Assembly: GCA_023920165.1 (NCBI GenBank)
Contig: CP089274.1
Coordinates: 310,001 to 374,000, forward strand
Source: Curvularia clavata
Lineage: Eukaryota
Direction: 5' to 3'
Length of the DNA stretch: 64,000 nt
Of this stretch, positions 59,820 through 64,000 are shown one piece after another (within the stretch, counting starts at the first letter, position 1; the number at the start of each line of letters is the position of its first letter). The notes below the pieces were generated by a model. That model saw only the letters and a program-made list of their open reading frames with translations. It did no database searches and was not told where the DNA came from. Made by a program: the position numbers and the translations under genes.

Positions 59820-62231
59820 ATGCCGCCAAAACGCAAGCTTGCGCAGACAGCCGCTGACGCCGAGGCTGAGGATGGTTGGGACGACAACGATGAGGGACCC
59901 ATGAGCGATCAGGAAACGTTCGACCAGCTCAAAGAAGAGTTCGACGTGAAAGCCATGACAAAGCGCGCCCGAGCTGGCCGTGTAAGGGACGCCGCTGCAG
60001 ACCTCTTCAGAAAGTCGGACCAGTGGAGCGCGCCCCTCAAGGCAGACCACTATAACCGGCCACTATGGGTCAATGATGCGGGTGGCATTATCCTCGAGTC
60101 CTTCCATCCCCTCTTCGATGAGGCTCAGGACTTTTTGATTAACATCGCCGAGCCGCAGTCGCGTGTCTCAAAGATGCATGAATACCAGCTCACCACCCAC
60201 AGTCTTTTCGCAGCCGTTAGTGTTGGTCACTCCAAGCAGGAGATTATCGAGAAGCTTGACCGCTACTCTAAGACTGCCCTTTCTGAAGCCATTATCCAGT
60301 TTGTTGAAAAGTCTACGTCCGCTTTCGGTAAGGCCAAGATTGTGCTCAAGAAGACATTGTCCTACATAGAAAGCGAGGATCCATCAATCCTCCAGAAACT
60401 CCTCCGCGATCCTATCATTGCCGAGTGCAGGGCCGATTCGACCGACGGTCTTATCAAGGAGGCCGCCCCCAAGATTGGCCAGATGGCGATTCCAGGTACC
60501 AAGCTAGCAGCTGGCGCGAACAATATGGCACAACAGCAACAACCAGAAGCTGCCCAAAATCCAGCCCCGAGCGAAATGATCGCTACTCTTCGTGAGGACG
60601 ATGACGACGATGAGGTCGCCCAAGTCCACTCGTTCCAAATCAAAAGCGAGGAACGTGAAAGGGTTGTCAAACGCTGCCGAGCAATTGGTCTACCTCTGAC
60701 TGAGGAGTACGACTTCAACAACGACGACACAAATCCAAACTTGGAAATTGACCTCAAGCCTCATGCGCAGATTCGCTACTACCAGGAAAAGGCTCTTAGT
60801 AAGATGTTTTCAAATTCGCGTGCGCGTTCAGGTATCATAGTGTTGCCTTGTGGCGCAGGTAAGACTCTAGTGGGTATCACAGCTGCCTGCGGTGTGAAGA
60901 AATCCGTAATCGTGCTGTGTACAAGTGCCATGTCCGTCGTCCAGTGGCGCGCCGAGTTCATCAAATGGTCCAACATCAACCCAGAGGACGTGGCTGTCTT
61001 CACTGCAGACAACAAGACACGCTTCCCTCGCCAGGCGGGTATCATCATCAGCACCTACTCTATGATTAGTAATGCTAGAAAGCGGTCTCATGACGCTGAA
61101 AAGGTCATGCAATTCATTCGTGGACAAGAATGGGGGCTGCTGATAGCTGATGAAGTGCACGTTGTGCCTGCCAACATCTTCAAAAAGGTTACGTACGAGA
61201 TTGCATCCCACGCAAAACTCGGTTTGACAGCCACTCTCCTACGAGAGGATGACAAGATTGACGATCTCAACTTCCTTATCGGCCCCAAGCTCTACGAAGC
61301 CAATTGGCAAGAGTTGTCGGAACAAGGACACATTGCCAAAGTACAGTGTGCCGAAGTCTGGTGCCAAATGACGCCCGAATTCTACACGGAGTGGCTTAAG
61401 CCCTCGTCACTGCAGAAGCGTGCTCTGCTCTCCATTATGAACCCAAAGAAATTCCAAGCTTGCCAGTTCCTCATCAACTACCATGAATCACGAGGTGACA
61501 AGATTATTGTCTTCTCCGACAATGTCTATGCCCTGGAGAAGTATTCGCGAAAGCTTGGCAAGGCATACATTTACGGCGCAACTCCACAGCAAGAACGTCT
61601 TCGTATTTTGGAGAACTTTCAGCACAACGAGCTTGTCAACACCATCTTCCTGTCCAAGATCGGCGACACCAGTTTGGATCTACCAGAGGCCACATGTTTG
61701 ATCCAAATCTCTTCACATTACGGCTCTCGCCGTCAGGAGGCGCAGCGCTTGGGCAGAATTCTACGAGCCAAGAGGAGGAACGATGAAGGTTTCAATGCCT
61801 TCTTCTACTCTCTGGTATCGAAAGATACGGACGAAATGTACTATTCGTCCAAGCGCCAGGCCTTCCTTGTTGACCAAGGGTACGCCTTCAAGGTCATCAC
61901 CCGTCTTGAGGGCTTGGAGAACTTTTCTCAGCTGGCGTTTGCGACACCACAGGAGCGGCGAGAGCTTCTCATGGATGTCTTGCTTGCCCGTGAAGAAGAT
62001 GCCAAGGAGGAGAGAATTGAGGGCGATGCCTTTGGCACAAAATACGCCTCCAACAAGGGTAAGAAGAAGACCGGAGTGCGGAGAGCGGCTGGCACTCTGT
62101 CAGAACTATCTGGTGGCCAGACGATGGCGTACATGGAGGTGAACAAGAGCAGGAACAAAGAGTTGAAGGGAACAAAGGGCGTCCAAAATGCATTTATGAG
62201 GAAGCTTGCCCGATCTGGAGCTAAGAAGTGA
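59820..62231 (+). CDS. SSL2: TFIIH 3'-5' DNA helicase/translocase XPB, intronless
   Basis: HEYQLTTHSLFAAVSVG, IRYYQEKAL, SGIIVLPCGAGKT, DEVH, TATLLREDDKI, GSRRQEAQRLGRILRAK. Confidence 0.98.
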   Translation: MPPKRKLAQTAADAEAEDGWDDNDEGPMSDQETFDQLKEEFDVKAMTKRARAGRVRDAAADLFRKSDQWSAPLKADHYNRPLWVNDAGGIILESFHPLFDEAQDFLINIAEPQSRVSKMHEYQLTTHSLFAAVSVGHSKQEIIEKLDRYSKTALSEAIIQFVEKSTSAFGKAKIVLKKTLSYIESEDPSILQKLLRDPIIAECRADSTDGLIKEAAPKIGQMAIPGTKLAAGANNMAQQQQPEAAQNPAPSEMIATLREDDDDDEVAQVHSFQIKSEERERVVKRCRAIGLPLTEEYDFNNDDTNPNLEIDLKPHAQIRYYQEKALSKMFSNSRARSGIIVLPCGAGKTLVGITAACGVKKSVIVLCTSAMSVVQWRAEFIKWSNINPEDVAVFTADNKTRFPRQAGIIISTYSMISNARKRSHDAEKVMQFIRGQEWGLLIADEVHVVPANIFKKVTYEIASHAKLGLTATLLREDDKIDDLNFLIGPKLYEANWQELSEQGHIAKVQCAEVWCQMTPEFYTEWLKPSSLQKRALLSIMNPKKFQACQFLINYHESRGDKIIVFSDNVYALEKYSRKLGKAYIYGATPQQERLRILENFQHNELVNTIFLSKIGDTSLDLPEATCLIQISSHYGSRRQEAQRLGRILRAKRRNDEGFNAFFYSLVSKDTDEMYYSSKRQAFLVDQGYAFKVITRLEGLENFSQLAFATPQERRELLMDVLLAREEDAKEERIEGDAFGTKYASNKGKKKTGVRRAAGTLSELSGGQTMAYMEVNKSRNKELKGTKGVQNAFMRKLARSGAKK

Positions 62232-63478
62232 GATTGAATATTTCTGGCTTATTGCTCATCGAGTTTGGTCGTCGCATAGTCTATTCTAGAAGAAAATAAT
62301 AGAAAAACAGAACCTGATGTATTTCAGGGTATATATCTAGTGGTTCAGTGCTCTTCAAGTTGTCTTGGATTGTGACCTAGTATCCTTTTGCGAATATGAC
62401 TGTTTGAGCAGTGTGAAATCTTTGTGCACATGACTTGAGACTCCATCCATACAGGATTAGTCCTCGCCGTCTAGACACCATTCCACACAACCGTCCATCA
62501 AGCTACCTCCGCCTTCCGCCAAGCCGGTCCTACTTCTTTATCCGAACTACCGTATCACGCTCGGGTAAGGTGCATTACCTGCGTGAACGTCAACCAGAAT
62601 CACACGAACCTGCAATAACAGTATCTCAAAAACCCAACACGTGCTTGCTCGGCCAAGCCATCGGCAGTTCTCAAGCGGCTCTCTATTCGCCCGGAGCTCG
62701 CAACATGTCTCTCCCGAGCTGCGTTTGGGACAAGAACTTGCCAAGAACCCCCTCCCACGTCACATCCCCGCCTTACCTTAGGCTTGGCTCTCCATATTGT
62801 CTGGGGGTGTTGTGTGTTTTAGAGAAAATGTGGGATTTAGCGTGACTGTATGGGGAAGGTGAGTGGCGTCGGGTACTGTTACCCCAGGTGTTTGGTGCGT
62901 GTGGCTAACGGGTGCTGAGTATGGGCAGGGCTAAGGCGTAGTAGTGTGGTGGGAGGTTGGTGAAGGCGTTCTGGGCCTTGTTTTGCGGGAGGTCTGCTGT
63001 GGTTGTTGAGCGTGTTTACTTGAAATAATTTGAAAATGGCTATTGGCATTCTCAAGATATTCATTAGAGTAGTTATTTTTCTTCTAAATTTGGAGAGAGA
63101 AGCTATGCTAATGGTATTAAAAGGAATGTCCAGCGGGCATAGTACTCGTTGACTCGATTTCGCCGTGGTCTTCATGTCAGGCTGTAGGACGCGTTTAAAC
63201 GCTTCAACATGAGTAAATAGCTGCCAGCTTTATTCAAGCCTCTTGAGTCTTGTTTTGGATCAACTCTTGGCCGTCAGCACCGAGTTACACACAGCAAGTT
63301 CATTACGAACATGCGGGAGGGGTTGGCAGTGGGGACATACCAAGAGTCTCCACTGGCCTGTGGCACAACTACGGATAAGGATTCGCGGTCATGTATAAGG
63401 CTCTGATCACCTATAATGGACATCTCTTGGTGAACCCATCAATCCCCACCAGCATACCTTTCGCAAACAGACACCAAG

Positions 63479-64000
63479 ATGGCGCGTGATGTTGCGGTTG
63501 ACTCTACGGAGAAAGACCACACCTACGCCATGGAAGAAATTCCCATGGAAAAGACATCATTGGCCAACTCACCAGAGCATCTCCACGAGGCCATGAAAGC
63601 TGGTCTCAGTCGCGAAGATGCCGAGTTCCTCCATAGCATCGACAAAGCCACGCAAAAGAAGATCTTCCACAAAGTCGACTGGCGCTTGTGTCCTATGCTC
63701 GCCGTCTTATACCTCATCTCTCATCTCGACAGAGCAAACATCGGGTAGGCAGTCTCACATTTGTACCCAAGAAACGTACAAACATCCGCTAACTCACCCC
63801 TTCAAGCAACGCGAAGATCGAAGGGCTCGAAAAGACCCTCGGTATGAAAGGCACAGATTACAATGTCGCCCTCATGGTTTTCTTCGTGCCCTACGTCCTC
63901 TTTGAAATCCCATCCAACATGCTTCTTGCAAAGTTCAAGCGTCCGTCGTATTACATGGGCACACTGACCTTGTGCTGGGGCACCGTCATGACTGTCATGG
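63479..64000 (+). CDS. MFS transporter (Dal5/Tna1-like), 3'-truncated by window edge; intron about 63746..63806
   Basis: KVDWRLCPMLAVLYLISHLDRANIG|NAKIEGL...YNVALMVFFVPYVLFEIPSN. Confidence 0.9.

Noticed and set aside
62300..63400. ORFs of 136, 65 and 98 aa between SSL2 and the terminal MFS gene
   Set aside because: No recognisable domain, consistent splice pattern or coding-like composition.

Overview
Gene-dense eukaryotic DNA from a filamentous ascomycete (short GT-AG introns with CTRAC branch points; gene content suggests Pezizomycotina, probably Pleosporales-like, which is an inference). I can support about 28 protein-coding loci and one intron-containing tRNA-Phe(GAA). Housekeeping genes include ribokinase, the QTRT2-like tRNA-guanine transglycosylase subunit, POM34, AP-1 mu, PP2C, SPE2/AdoMetDC, HID1/ECM30 and SSL2/XPB. 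There are two Dal5-type MFS transporters and one NCS1 permease. Secreted or oxidative enzymes include an EGF-containing beta-propeller phytase, an FMO, an Egh16/GAS1-like protein, a carboxylesterase, a GMC oxidoreductase, a nitronate monooxygenase-family protein ending in SKL and an SDR. Several small spliced genes are missed by the ORF track. No intact transposon, rRNA, CRISPR or secondary-metabolite backbone gene was seen. The most interesting signal is a long, twice-spliced 5' leader on SPE2. It carries a spliced Arg-rich, Pro-ending upstream frame (...RRRRRLLRLFYASRGPRLDNTSHAPSPTPPPISP*) with no nearby AUG, overlapped by a weak-context AUG uORF, and is a candidate polyamine-sensing translational switch. 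Also notable are two genes each broken by a single in-frame stop, two apparent pseudoenzymes, and a PTS1 gene with a FarA/B-type promoter site. Exon boundaries were called by eye and may be off by a few bases.
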